From IMG/VR virus record IMGVR_UViG_3300031993_000027, positions 32,001 to 96,000 of that record: 64,000 nt of DNA; one strand, written 5' to 3'. The notes under the pieces were generated by a model that saw only the letters and a list, made by a program, of their open reading frames with translations, ran no database searches and had not been told where the DNA came from. This document shows, in pieces, positions 10,275-20,201 of this stretch. Origin of the DNA: a virus (taxonomy: Duplodnaviria; Caudoviricetes). A program made the translations under genes and the position numbers. Numbering within the stretch: position 1 is the first letter of the stretch; each line of letters opens with the position of its first letter.

Positions 10275-11009
10275 TTCTTCAGTCATTGGAAGAACGAACT
10301 TAATCTTCCTTTTACATTCAGGACACTCTGCCTCGACCCTCTTATCAATTCCGTAAGAACCTACAAGTTCATCGTACTTCTGTTCAAAGTATTGGAAGTC
10401 TCTTGCGTGCATCGTCTCGACGTACTTTTCGAGTTTGAATGTAGGCAGGAGTTGTCCGTTTACCGTACATACTCTTCTTGATTGTTCAAGAATCCAAGAA
10501 GGGTCTCCCTCATAGTCAGGGAACTTCTCTAACTTAGCCTGACCATCTTCGATAATCTTCATGTAGTCTTCAGTGGTATATAACTTGCATTGCAAGGTAT
10601 CACCACTTACAGGAAGAGCACCGATTTCGAACGGTTCTTTGAACGTATCAGGAAGGACACGTACATCAAGTTCGTCAAGGTCAAACGTAAGGTCAACGGT
10701 TCTTCCACAATGAGGACACTTAGTTGTAATCTTATAGTCCTTGCCATAAGTCTCAATCCTAAGTTTGTACATCAGGAATTGAAGGTCAACTAACTTCAAT
10801 TTTGTTACATCAACATTCTCATTAGAGGTCAAGCACCTCTGAATGAGTTTTGCTGTTGTATCGAATGTACTTGAAGACAGTCTTAACTTTTCTTCCATTG
10901 TGGTCATCGGTCTGAAAGTAAAAGTCCTGCCAACCTTCTCTTTGTTGTAAAGCGGATAGCAAGGAACACTATCGCAATCTTTCAACTTAATGGTCTTTGC
11001 TTCATTCAT
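10248..11009 (-). CDS. Tail assembly chaperone/baseplate hub assembly protein (T4 gp26-like)
   Basis: RPMTTMEEK, two CPxC motifs and C-terminal FFRP; located between tube and tape measure. Confidence 0.75.
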   Translation of the reverse strand: MNEAKTIKLKDCDSVPCYPLYNKEKVGRTFTFRPMTTMEEKLRLSSSTFDTTAKLIQRCLTSNENVDVTKLKLVDLQFLMYKLRIETYGKDYKITTKCPHCGRTVDLTFDLDELDVRVLPDTFKEPFEIGALPVSGDTLQCKLYTTEDYMKIIEDGQAKLEKFPDYEGDPSWILEQSRRVCTVNGQLLPTFKLEKYVETMHARDFQYFEQKYDELVGSYGIDKRVEAECPECKRKIKFVLPMTEEFFRPSLPN

Positions 11010-11043
11010 ATTTGCACCTCCGAATGAATCTTTAAAACAGGTT

Positions 11044-11070
11044 AGGTAGCACCCTGTTTGAGTGCTACCT
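11044..11070 (-). terminator. Stem-loop after the tail tube gene
   Basis: AGGTAGCAC...GTGCTACCT inverted repeat. Confidence 0.5.
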
Positions 11071-11091
11071 GCCTAGCGTTACCTTTATATT

Positions 11092-11697
11092 TTACCCGAA
11101 CTTTTGGTCATTATCCAGTGGGAAACAATGGTCGTATTGGAAGGTACAAGCAATCTTCCTTACATCGTTTGTTCCCTGTGCAAATGAGCCGAGGTCGAGC
11201 GAAGATATCCAACATCCGTTGAGTTGCCATACACGGCTATACTCACCTGAAGGGTCATACTCGATAAGGTATGCTGTCTTCTTATAACGGCTTGCTCTAC
11301 CGACCTTCTGATTTCTCGGATTGTAAACTTCCTTGAACCATGCCATAAGAAGTCTCTCTGTGTTCATTCCGAGGAAGTCGTTGAACTGAATAGAACCGCC
11401 CTCGTAGTTAGGTACACCCGCATACTTAACCTTGTTGTTTGCGTATGGAACTTCAAGAGCACTTACGTTGAAGTTCGGTGCGGAGAACGAATCAATAGAA
11501 AGTGTAAGTTGGTCACTAATATTGCTAGGAACATTACTTTCACTAATGCCTGATTCATCGTCATCGAACATCTTCAATCCTGCAAGTCCTGTAATCTGAA
11601 GTTCGAAGTTATTGGTACGCTGTGGCTCGTACTCGTCACGTCCGACCATATGGTACGTACCACGCTTATAGTTCTTTGTATTCAAACCATCTGCCAT
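11092..11697 (-). CDS. Tail tube protein (gp19-like)
   Basis: YEPQRTNNFEL, KYAG, WQLNGCWIS, TFQYD motifs; follows the sheath gene. Confidence 0.85.
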   Translation of the reverse strand: MADGLNTKNYKRGTYHMVGRDEYEPQRTNNFELQITGLAGLKMFDDDESGISESNVPSNISDQLTLSIDSFSAPNFNVSALEVPYANNKVKYAGVPNYEGGSIQFNDFLGMNTERLLMAWFKEVYNPRNQKVGRASRYKKTAYLIEYDPSGEYSRVWQLNGCWISSLDLGSFAQGTNDVRKIACTFQYDHCFPLDNDQKFG

Positions 11698-11716
11698 AGT
11701 GATTTACTCCTTCCTA

Positions 11717-13396
11717 TCAAGATTCAGAAAACAGAGCCGAATCGTTTGTTACGATGAAGTCGATGTTAAAGTCTTCGGCTGTTCTCGCTATTCTTACGAT
11801 AACCTGACCACGAACTGTGTTGTTGTTGATATCGTCTTCAGTAGTTGTCGTCTCGTCCATGATAATCTTATAGTTATCAAGTGCTCCATCTGCTGATATC
11901 TGTGAGAGGAATGGGTCGAGTTGTCCCCTAAACTCATTCCACGTCTTCAGGTTATTTCCTTCAAATGTGAGAGAGATAGAAATGTCTCTTATCTTTCTCT
12001 TAATCTCGTTAGCAGTGATACGAACATTGAGGTCTTGGAATGCACTTCTTATTGAACCTGTTGTATCTCCGCTTACGACATACAATGTCTTCTGACCGAA
12101 GATAGCGTAGCCGTAGTTGAGAATCTTACGGATAGGGTTAACATACGGAAGTGTGCTCTGCATCTTATCTGCGAGAACAGAACCGATTTCAAATACAGCC
12201 TTGCTTGCTTCAGGTACAAGACCACGCCTTACGCCAGCAGGTGAAAGCCATATCGGATTACCGTTCTTGATGCTCTTAGCCAACTCGTAAAGGAATACGA
12301 ATGACGGAGGCATTATCTTTACTTCTGCTGTTCTAGGAAGTTGGAAATAAATCCAAGATTCAAATGTCGTAGCATAAGAAGAAGCAACATAGTTGAAGTG
12401 ACCATTGATATTTTCAACATCATTATCCTTCGGTTCGATGGAAGAGGGAATGTCAAGCACAACGAGACAGTCTTTTCTCTCTTCCGCTACATCAACAAGA
12501 GCCGTAACTGCCTTTTTGGTGTATGTTGTTCCATCAGTGTTCAAGAGGTCTGTCATACCACCAAGAGTAAGGAACTTAACAGCAAACAGGTCTTGGTCTT
12601 TGAGAACATCGAAGAAACTTTGGTCTACTTCCAAAGCGTAAGCAATCGTGTTAGTGTTTGTGATAACGTCTGTTTCAAGAGGGTCTGTACCATTAGCAAG
12701 AGTAAATTGAACTGTTGTTGTTGCTGTTGCCTGATTGAGCCAACCCTCATTAAGAACAAAGTCTGCAAGTTCTTCAAGAAGCACAAACTTTACAAGGGAT
12801 GAATCAACAAGTTGGATACCTGCATAGAACAGTTTTGTTACCGTTACATCTGCACTTCCCGAAACAGGTGTATCAGCAGGGACAGAACATACTGTGAAGG
12901 ATTCTTTCTTTGTTCCCTTGGTAATCGTTACAGTGATATCACCTACTGCCATTGTGTCAGGCGTTCCTGAAGTAATAGTAGGACAATCAAACTGAACCGT
13001 AATGCCGTTTGCTCCTGTACCTGCGATTTTCGCAAGAATCTTCATTTCGTCTGTCGGTGTTTCTTCCCCATCATCGAGAACAACTTCAGCAGTATCAGAA
13101 ATGGAAACTGTCTGCTGTAAGTCAGCATCATAATAGGAAACAACTCTTTGGAAGAGTACAGGGAAACCTGCAAGCAAAAGGTTTGTTGCATAGTCCCAAG
13201 CACAACCGTATGTACCAACATTTACAGACGGAGGTGTAGAACCAAACTCGGCAATGAACTCATTGTAGTTCCTGCAAAGTTTCGGCTCGGTTGTACCTGT
13301 TGTTGCTGAACCTATTACGTATACTATGTTGTCAGAGGAATTTTGAGATACGTTATACAACGTATTGTCTTTTTCGTTAATAGTAATACTAGGCAT
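11717..13396 (-). CDS. Tail sheath protein (gp18-like)
   Basis: MPSITINEKD, WLSPAG.RRG, FGQKTL, LNVR, FEGN motifs. Confidence 0.92.
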   Translation of the reverse strand: MPSITINEKDNTLYNVSQNSSDNIVYVIGSATTGTTEPKLCRNYNEFIAEFGSTPPSVNVGTYGCAWDYATNLLLAGFPVLFQRVVSYYDADLQQTVSISDTAEVVLDDGEETPTDEMKILAKIAGTGANGITVQFDCPTITSGTPDTMAVGDITVTITKGTKKESFTVCSVPADTPVSGSADVTVTKLFYAGIQLVDSSLVKFVLLEELADFVLNEGWLNQATATTTVQFTLANGTDPLETDVITNTNTIAYALEVDQSFFDVLKDQDLFAVKFLTLGGMTDLLNTDGTTYTKKAVTALVDVAEERKDCLVVLDIPSSIEPKDNDVENINGHFNYVASSYATTFESWIYFQLPRTAEVKIMPPSFVFLYELAKSIKNGNPIWLSPAGVRRGLVPEASKAVFEIGSVLADKMQSTLPYVNPIRKILNYGYAIFGQKTLYVVSGDTTGSIRSAFQDLNVRITANEIKRKIRDISISLTFEGNNLKTWNEFRGQLDPFLSQISADGALDNYKIIMDETTTTEDDINNNTVRGQVIVRIARTAEDFNIDFIVTNDSALFSES

Positions 13397-13653
13397 TAAC
13401 TTTTTTCTCCTTTTTTAGATTTCTTTCTTCCCCTTTTTGTAGTTGTTTCCGAAGCAAGGGAAGTCGCTTCTTGGTTAACTGATTTCTTTTCTTCTATGCT
13501 TACACTAGAGATTATACCGCTATTCTCTAATTTTTTAATAGTAGAAGATAAAATCTGCCCTTCATAGTCAGAAATAGTAACCGTATCATAAATGCCGATT
13601 GCTACGCTTCCTATGAAGACAGGTCTGTTAGTTCTGTTAGTTATCCTTAACAT
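13396..13653 (-). CDS. Small hypothetical virion-module protein
   Basis: Translationally coupled between the terminator-protein and sheath genes. Confidence 0.55.
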   Translation of the reverse strand: MLRITNRTNRPVFIGSVAIGIYDTVTISDYEGQILSSTIKKLENSGIISSVSIEEKKSVNQEATSLASETTTKRGRKKSKKGEKS

Positions 13654-14236
13654 ATTTGTCTCCGTCCTTTACATACAAATCCACACCACCAAAGATGTGC
13701 GGTTTTTCTGTTGTGCTCTTCCACAGATAAGCATCAGGTATATATGCCGATAAGGTAGTCCTGAAATACTCACCGTGTTCTAACTGACCCATTATGTCAG
13801 AGTTGTCTTCGATATTTTGGTCGAAGAAGAGATTGAACGTGTGTTTTAGATTTGTTCCATATGGAATTTTTACTTCCAAAGTAGGATGTGTCATATAATA
13901 AAACAACAGTTCCCTTACTATATTATCATTCTCTTCACGGTGTTTTGTCCATACGTCAAACAAATAATTCATCTGTATCGGTATAACCTGTATCCTCGAC
14001 GTTATTTGTTCGTCTTCAGATATGTTGGAAAGACCACCAGTGAATCTCATTGGATGCGAAGAATCACGAAGAGAAGGATTCAGCCTTGCCACACTTATAA
14101 GCGGTAACTTAATATCATCCTCTTCGAGCCTTGCTATCGTGTTGAAGACTTTCTCGGCAGGTTCAATGTATATTCTGTCATCATCGAAGACACTTCTAAA
14201 GTCTTCTATGATTGCGTTGTCATAAAGATAGAACAT
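13637..14236 (-). CDS. Tail terminator/completion protein (gp15-like)
   Basis: LPLISVAR...IPIQMNYLFDVWTK motif; upstream of the sheath gene. Confidence 0.65.
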   Translation of the reverse strand: MFYLYDNAIIEDFRSVFDDDRIYIEPAEKVFNTIARLEEDDIKLPLISVARLNPSLRDSSHPMRFTGGLSNISEDEQITSRIQVIPIQMNYLFDVWTKHREENDNIVRELLFYYMTHPTLEVKIPYGTNLKHTFNLFFDQNIEDNSDIMGQLEHGEYFRTTLSAYIPDAYLWKSTTEKPHIFGGVDLYVKDGDKYVKDN

Positions 14237-14238
14237 CT

Positions 14239-14703
14239 TTAAACCTCCCTGCCATCGAGCGCATAGCCCAATTTTTTATAGGCTTCCCAATGCTTGTCTA
14301 TGTTTTTCTGATAGTTGTTAAACACCCGACTAAGCATTGTGGTCGCCTTTGTTACTTCGTTACCCTTGTCGATATATCTAGCAACCTGCTCTAAGGTTGT
14401 GTTGACTGTATTCGGCATCTTTATATCACGACGGATATAAACCTCATACGAGTATTTTCTTTTCCTCCAAGTGATACATTTAAGTATCGAATTTATCAGC
14501 CTGTTTATGTTTATATGTTTAGGTGGCTTTATCCACCTTATCCAAGTAGCGTTGATTAGAGATTGCTCCAACAAAGGGAACTTTGCAGGGATAAGTCCCT
14601 GTTTAATCTCCGTTCTTACACTATCGACCAAGGCATCACAAAACTTGTCTGCGAGGTCTTGGTCGTACACTTCTTTACTGTTAAGTTCAAAGTCAATTTC
14701 CAT
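14239..14703 (-). CDS. Hypothetical virion morphogenesis protein
   Basis: Coupled ORF in the neck/tail module. Confidence 0.5.
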   Translation of the reverse strand: MEIDFELNSKEVYDQDLADKFCDALVDSVRTEIKQGLIPAKFPLLEQSLINATWIRWIKPPKHININRLINSILKCITWRKRKYSYEVYIRRDIKMPNTVNTTLEQVARYIDKGNEVTKATTMLSRVFNNYQKNIDKHWEAYKKLGYALDGREV

Positions 14704-15265
14704 TATTCTCTTTTACCCTGTTTTGGTCTTTTACCTTGATGTAAGAATATCCTTCTTCGTAGTTGTCAGAATACTCTCCACTTGTTGTCTTGTCTCCGTC
14801 TATGTAATTGTAATTACTGTTCGAGTAATCGTTCTTAGGCGTACCATCTTTAGTCTCAAAGATAGGTGCTAATGTACAAGTCCAACTTTCAGGAAATTCA
14901 AGCAACGTATTGATTGACGTAATCTTAAAATCTCTGTATTGGTCGTTAAGAGAATCTATCGGTCTGATACGAATGACACACTCCGTACAAAGGTTAGGTG
15001 CATCAAACGGAAGAATAGCGATATACGGTTTATCGTTAGGTAACTCACTCGCCCAATGAATCTTCTTTAAAGTAGAAGTCTTCGGGTTAGTTTCGAAGAT
15101 AATATCCATCGGCATTTCTTCAGACAATTCTGATATCATTTCCGAATGGATTGTCGGGTCAACTTTAACAGGGTAACGATACAGAACAGGAATGCCACGC
15201 AAACGGCAACACTCCTTGAACCAATTTCTATATAACGTTACGTCTCTTTCAGTTAAATAACCCAT
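14693..15265 (-). CDS. Neck/head-closure protein (gp14-like)
   Basis: FKECCRLRGIPVLYRYP motif and position. Confidence 0.5.
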   Translation of the reverse strand: MGYLTERDVTLYRNWFKECCRLRGIPVLYRYPVKVDPTIHSEMISELSEEMPMDIIFETNPKTSTLKKIHWASELPNDKPYIAILPFDAPNLCTECVIRIRPIDSLNDQYRDFKITSINTLLEFPESWTCTLAPIFETKDGTPKNDYSNSNYNYIDGDKTTSGEYSDNYEEGYSYIKVKDQNRVKENNGN

Positions 15266-15268
15266 ATG

Positions 15269-15703
15269 TTATTTCTTGTACTCCCATCTATCAGAACCAT
15301 ATCTAAGCAGGTATTTTTTATTTTCTCCCATTCTGCTGTATCCCTGATGGCATCTTACAATAGCGGAATAATAAGGATTAACGTCGGCAACGGCTGTTAT
15401 TGAACCGCTAATCTGAACATAGTCGTCATCAGCCAAGAAACAACTTAATACGCCCAATTCTGACATTTCTACTTCATAACTTTCAAATCCAATTTCTGAA
15501 CGATAATTAGAAGTGGATGGTATTTCTACTTCTTTAAGGTCTACTTTAAAACCCTGACACGCTGTATCAAGAAGAGCCTGTATCTGCTCGTTGGTTATAG
15601 CCTGATACATTTCGTCTTTTGTTACCTTCTTGATATCGAGTTGAGAGAAGTCTTTCCTGAAATCAAATTTCCTCGGCATCGTGTTCCCCTCCCAATTCTT
15701 CAA
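15269..15703 (-). CDS. Hypothetical protein (probable start near 15679, MPRKF)
   Basis: ORF with a GGAG RBS before MPRKF. Confidence 0.6.
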   Translation of the reverse strand: MKNWEGNTMPRKFDFRKDFSQLDIKKVTKDEMYQAITNEQIQALLDTACQGFKVDLKEVEIPSTSNYRSEIGFESYEVEMSELGVLSCFLADDDYVQISGSITAVADVNPYYSAIVRCHQGYSRMGENKKYLLRYGSDRWEYKK

Positions 15704-16523
15704 TTCTTATTGTCAGGTCTTTTTCATCTTGTATTAGACTTTCTAAGTCTCTAATAAATGACCTTGTTTTATATCCACTTTCTGTCCAATTATTTGAATC
15801 ATAACTAGTTGCTTTAGTTTGAAGTTCATTTTCTAGTCTTGAAACTAGGCTAAGATATTGTCTTTTACATATTTCCATAGTCCTATACAAACCATTAGCA
15901 TCATCTTCTGAAACAGAACTAAGAAGGGAAATACCCTTGTCAAACAAATCTGTCAGATTGTCGTACTCAACATCAAGTTTTTTGAAAAGTTTGTTAAGAT
16001 TAGCGTCTCTTTTTAATCCTGCCTGATAATCCTTGACATAGTATTCAGGGTCTCTAAGATGCTTCAAGGTATTAGCCATTGACCTTCTGTCTTGTCTCTT
16101 AGTTTTAAGTTTGTCTCTCTCTTTGTCACCCTTATAGATAACACCATATTCGAGAACGTAAGGCTTAATCTCTTTCCAATCGTTGTTCCAAAAATCAAAA
16201 GAATCTTTCCAAGCACTATTAAACCTGCCTGTATCGGATGTTGCCTTTGAGTATTTATCAGGTTCGATGATATAAACAACAGGTTCTTTGTTTGGCATCT
16301 GTAATTGGATTACAGGAGTGTTACCATCAAGAAAATCCCTCTCGATTTCTTTCCTAGTCGAAGGAATACCCTTGTTTTTAAAGAGCATCTTATCAAGAGG
16401 GTAGTGACCCACTCTATCCTTAGTTTTCCAAGAGTTCCCAAAACCCTGTTTGTTATTATCTAAAGCCTGTCTAAGCCAATCAGGAATTGAGGAAGATAGT
16501 CTCTCAATTAGATATACAGCCAT
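15663..16523 (-). CDS. Hypothetical protein with leader-like N-terminus MAVYLIE
   Basis: Strong RBS; 286 aa. Confidence 0.65.
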   Translation of the reverse strand: MAVYLIERLSSSIPDWLRQALDNNKQGFGNSWKTKDRVGHYPLDKMLFKNKGIPSTRKEIERDFLDGNTPVIQLQMPNKEPVVYIIEPDKYSKATSDTGRFNSAWKDSFDFWNNDWKEIKPYVLEYGVIYKGDKERDKLKTKRQDRRSMANTLKHLRDPEYYVKDYQAGLKRDANLNKLFKKLDVEYDNLTDLFDKGISLLSSVSEDDANGLYRTMEICKRQYLSLVSRLENELQTKATSYDSNNWTESGYKTRSFIRDLESLIQDEKDLTIRIEELGGEHDAEEI

Positions 16524-16534
16524 ATAGTTCTCCT

Positions 16535-17314
16535 TTACTGTGAATACAACTCGTTACGCTCTTCTTCATCCATATCAACATCATTGTTCCTGTTCTTCGT
16601 AGTCCTGTCAATATACGGCAAGTCTTTATGAATCTTAGAACGCATATCCTGTGGACGGATACCGATATATTTCGGATTGTGTTGACCACTCTTGTTGATA
16701 AAGAAGTGTGTTTTATCGAGGTCGTAATACTTAATGATTTCGTCGTAATATTCTTTAATGAGGTAATTGATAACGTTAGTTAATTTCCTGACCCAAGTTT
16801 TATTCTTCAATATCATCGTCAGATGCTTACAAAACGAGCCGATGTTATCGTGAGGATTTCTGATAGGAGCAGGAATAAGTTGTCTCTTACCGTTCTTATA
16901 TCCATTCTTAGTAGCAACGTAAGAATAGCGATAGTAGAAGTCAGGACACGTACAATTTACCTTCAGGAATTTCTCTTGGTCGATTGCTTTGTTCAATGCC
17001 TTTTCTACTGAATCGAAATTCACGTTACCTCTATGCTGTCTGTCAACAACATAAATGATTGTCTGAAGAGCCTTACGAAGTTCAATCGTACAGGTGTACT
17101 GATTGACAGGAATGGAGATAACCAATAAGTCATCCTCGATAAACTTGGATACGTCGATTTCCATCTGTCCAGTTATCTTGTATCCCTTACTTCTCTGTAC
17201 TCTTTCAGGTGATTGACGAGTTGTTTTTAAGACCAACTCACGTCTGTTTACTTCGTTAAGATAAGATAAAGAGTGGCTACCTAAACCACCGTTATATCTT
17301 CTTATAACTGTCAT
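16535..17314 (-). CDS. SWIM-type zinc finger protein
   Basis: CTCPDF.Y...CKH motif. Confidence 0.7.
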   Translation of the reverse strand: MTVIRRYNGGLGSHSLSYLNEVNRRELVLKTTRQSPERVQRSKGYKITGQMEIDVSKFIEDDLLVISIPVNQYTCTIELRKALQTIIYVVDRQHRGNVNFDSVEKALNKAIDQEKFLKVNCTCPDFYYRYSYVATKNGYKNGKRQLIPAPIRNPHDNIGSFCKHLTMILKNKTWVRKLTNVINYLIKEYYDEIIKYYDLDKTHFFINKSGQHNPKYIGIRPQDMRSKIHKDLPYIDRTTKNRNNDVDMDEEERNELYSQ

Positions 17315-17341
17315 AGATAGCCACTCCTTTAACTCAATTTC

Positions 17342-18847
17342 TTATCTTTCTGTGTTCCTTGTGGAAGGTCTGCGAACAGAACGTCTTGTTGCTGATTCAG
17401 CGATTCTGCTTGCTGTACTTCTACGGATAGGTCTCCTTGATTCAGAAACCCTGCGAGCAGGTCTTACAGATTTCTTCTCGTTGAGGTATTTACCTACAAC
17501 CTGATATGACTTGCTCTCATTCTTTGTGTTACGCTTTGTGATGAAGTTGCACTTCATACCCTCACAACGGATGATGTTCTTGACAGTGGAAATCTTGAAC
17601 ATAAAAGGTGCTCTCTTGGATTCAACCTTGAATGTACCGTTATCCCTTGCTGTCATAATGGAAGACTTAGGATTGAAGTTACAGTTGAGAACTGTCTTTC
17701 TCTCCTTGCCTGATACCATCGTAATCTTACATTCAAGTCTAAGGTTAGAGCCGTTCTTCTTTGCTCCAACTACCTCAAAAGACTTTGCACCGTTGTAATT
17801 TTCACGGATGAACTTTGTGAGGATAGGATTGAATGTCTTCTCGTCGAGATTGTAACCTTCACGCTTCATAGCAGGTCTGCATACAAGCCCCTTGGATTCA
17901 GTACGAACTGACGGTCTTACAGAAGGTCTGCGAAGCATTGGTCTTGCGTTCTCACTGCGTACAGACTGTCTTGCTGACGGTCTACGTGCAAGTCTGTTCT
18001 CTCCACGAACGGAACGCCTAGCAGAAGGTCTGCGAGCGAGTTCATTCTCACCACGTACTACTGACGGTCTACGAGCAATAGTCCTCTCGCCACGAACTGC
18101 ACGAGCAGGTCTGCGAAGAGCACTTCTCTCTCCTACAACTCTGTTCCTGCGAGCAACCTTGTTCTCGTCACGTACTGTACGTGTAACAGGTCTGCGTGCT
18201 CTGTTCTCGTCTTTAACAGACTTCTCGTCCTTTACAGGATTCTTGCTCTCGTCAAGGTCTTTCTCGTCTTCGTCGAAGTCAACCTTAACCTCTTCACCAT
18301 CGAAGTCAAAGTCCTCTTCTCCGTCAACCTTTTTCTCTTCACCCTCGTCGTCGTTCTTAGCAACGTCTTCGTCAGGATTCTCGGAGTTCTCTACCTCACC
18401 AACCTTAACAAATCCATCAGGGGATTCTTGGTTACACATAAGGCAAATGTCTCCTGCGCCCATAGGCAGTTCAGAGAAGAATGTCTGTCCACAGATAGGA
18501 CAACCGTAGATGTTGTCACCTACGTACTCGTCAGTTGTCGGTGTTACATCAGCAGGTGCATCATCAATCAACTGTTGGAAGCCGAGAGCAACGGAAGTCA
18601 TTTCGTCTGCATCGAGGTCAGGGTCAACAACGGCAATGATATCGTCGGCTGTCTCCATTTCGAGGTCGTCCTTCTCTATCTCTTCGTCGTCTTCCTTCTC
18701 GTCTGCTTCCTTCTTGAATCTCTTCTTGTCAACCTTCTCAACAAGTTTTGTATCCTTCTTGGATTCAACGATTGTCTTCTTGGAAGGTTTCTTCTTGGAT
18801 TCAAGGCAAGCGTTCATCAACTTTGTAAAATTGTCAATGTTAGCCAT
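17342..18847 (-). CDS. Putative prohead core protein with acidic region, Zn ribbon and Arg-rich repeats
   Basis: CPICG..CLMC, tandem RRPS.R.SVR(G/S/T)E units and many xxE-S sites; in the head module. Confidence 0.55.
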   Translation of the reverse strand: MANIDNFTKLMNACLESKKKPSKKTIVESKKDTKLVEKVDKKRFKKEADEKEDDEEIEKDDLEMETADDIIAVVDPDLDADEMTSVALGFQQLIDDAPADVTPTTDEYVGDNIYGCPICGQTFFSELPMGAGDICLMCNQESPDGFVKVGEVENSENPDEDVAKNDDEGEEKKVDGEEDFDFDGEEVKVDFDEDEKDLDESKNPVKDEKSVKDENRARRPVTRTVRDENKVARRNRVVGERSALRRPARAVRGERTIARRPSVVRGENELARRPSARRSVRGENRLARRPSARQSVRSENARPMLRRPSVRPSVRTESKGLVCRPAMKREGYNLDEKTFNPILTKFIRENYNGAKSFEVVGAKKNGSNLRLECKITMVSGKERKTVLNCNFNPKSSIMTARDNGTFKVESKRAPFMFKISTVKNIIRCEGMKCNFITKRNTKNESKSYQVVGKYLNEKKSVRPARRVSESRRPIRRSTASRIAESATRRSVRRPSTRNTER

Positions 18848-18909
18848 TTAGTTTTTCTCCTTTACTTTGTTTTGCTTATATATTTATTTTATATCACTTG
18901 TGCGGAATA

Positions 18910-19611
18910 TCAATCCATTGGTAAGAGTAAATCCTTATTGGAATTGAGGAACGTTCTAATCTCTGTTAACTCCGCTTGTGCTTCACTAAGAAGTTGGTCG
19001 GCATCGAGATTGTAAGTTGCACTACCGAGAGTGTACTTACCTCTTACTCTTCCCAACGCTTCCTTGGTCATTGCCAAGGAAAGTCTCTTTAGCAGGTTAA
19101 TCCAAAACTCTTCGTAGATTTCGGATACGTCTTCATATTCAGGTGTGTATACCAGTGTTACCGTGTTAGATACCACTTTCTGTTCATACAAGTATAACTT
19201 CTCGTTCTTCCTGTCATACATAAAATCCAAGTCGGTTGACAGGGCATTCTTATTCTGTTGTACCATTAAGGCTCTTGCGTAGTCGCTTAAAGTAAAGGAA
19301 TTGGTTACACCACTCGTTCTGTTTCTTGATGTATAAATGTACATCATATCCTGCAATCCTGATACGGATATGTTCGGTGAACCTCTCATAACGTAAGATA
19401 TACTTGCTATCTTCTTACCTGCTAAATCTATCACATTAGCATAAGGCACTGTCATGGTCTCACAGTCAGTGATATAGCCCTTCAATTCCTGAAAAGCCAT
19501 ATCAATGATATCATCAAGAAAGTCTTCGAGTTCAATCCATATGATAGGTGCTCCAAGTTGAAGTTTGATGTACCTCATATACTGTTCTTTTGTAAGACCT
19601 GTCTTTGCCAT
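18910..19611 (-). CDS. Neck/head-tail adaptor (gp13-like)
   Basis: YIKLQLGAP.I.IEL and KEALGRVRGKY motifs. Confidence 0.8.
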   Translation of the reverse strand: MAKTGLTKEQYMRYIKLQLGAPIIWIELEDFLDDIIDMAFQELKGYITDCETMTVPYANVIDLAGKKIASISYVMRGSPNISVSGLQDMMYIYTSRNRTSGVTNSFTLSDYARALMVQQNKNALSTDLDFMYDRKNEKLYLYEQKVVSNTVTLVYTPEYEDVSEIYEEFWINLLKRLSLAMTKEALGRVRGKYTLGSATYNLDADQLLSEAQAELTEIRTFLNSNKDLLLPMD

Positions 19612-19627
19612 ATCCTAACTCCGCTTC

Positions 19628-19909
19628 TTATTCAGCCTTTTTCTTGGATGTTTTCTTCTTAGGCTTCGCTTCTGTCTTTGCCTCTTCTGTCTTCTCTACA
19701 ACAGGTTCTTCAACCTTGGTCTCTACGACAGGTTCTTCAACCTTTGCTTCTTCAACAGATTCGACAAGAATCTTCTTACCTTCCTTTACAGGTGTCGGCT
19801 CTTCAAGAACCTTCTTCTCGGTTTCTTTTACAGTAGCCTTGGCAACTGTCTTAGGCGTGGCAAGAATGATTCTCCTCTTTTCATAGCCTTTTGCGTGAAA
19901 CATTCTCAT
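19628..19909 (-). CDS. Small Glu/Lys-rich protein with VEEPVVE repeats
   Basis: RBS and low-complexity repeat. Confidence 0.55.
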   Translation of the reverse strand: MRMFHAKGYEKRRIILATPKTVAKATVKETEKKVLEEPTPVKEGKKILVESVEEAKVEEPVVETKVEEPVVEKTEEAKTEAKPKKKTSKKKAE

Positions 19910-20154
19910 TACCTCTTTCTATATTATGTTATTTTCGCCCCTAGCGTTTATCCTAATCGTTTCTATCTGTTTCTATGAGTAATTCTACTCTGTGACCAGT
20001 AAACGGCTTAGAAACGAAAATAGACGGTGTTTAGAAGATATGTAGAGCAGGTCAGGAGGGGAGGTTAATAGAACAAGTAAAACAAATTGCGATACACACC
20101 ATGACAAGATGTTTTTAACCTGACCTGCCTACAAACCACACTATCCATAAAGCA

Positions 20155-20183
20155 ACTGTCTAAGGGGATTCCCCCTAGACAGT
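20155..20183 (-). terminator. Intrinsic terminator-like hairpin
   Basis: ACTGTCTA.GGGG/CCCC.TAGACAGT. Confidence 0.6.
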
Positions 20184-20201
20184 AGGAACTTTATTTCTTA
20201 A

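Noticed and set aside
1-14236. Bacterial contractile injection system or tailocin
   Set aside because: Contiguous capsid, protease and neck genes show this is a complete phage morphogenesis module
19925-20035. Loose palindromic intergenic tract (similar feel at ~9960-10050) as a MITE or origin
   Set aside because: Inverted repeats are too degenerate and there is no target duplication, so a call cannot be supported
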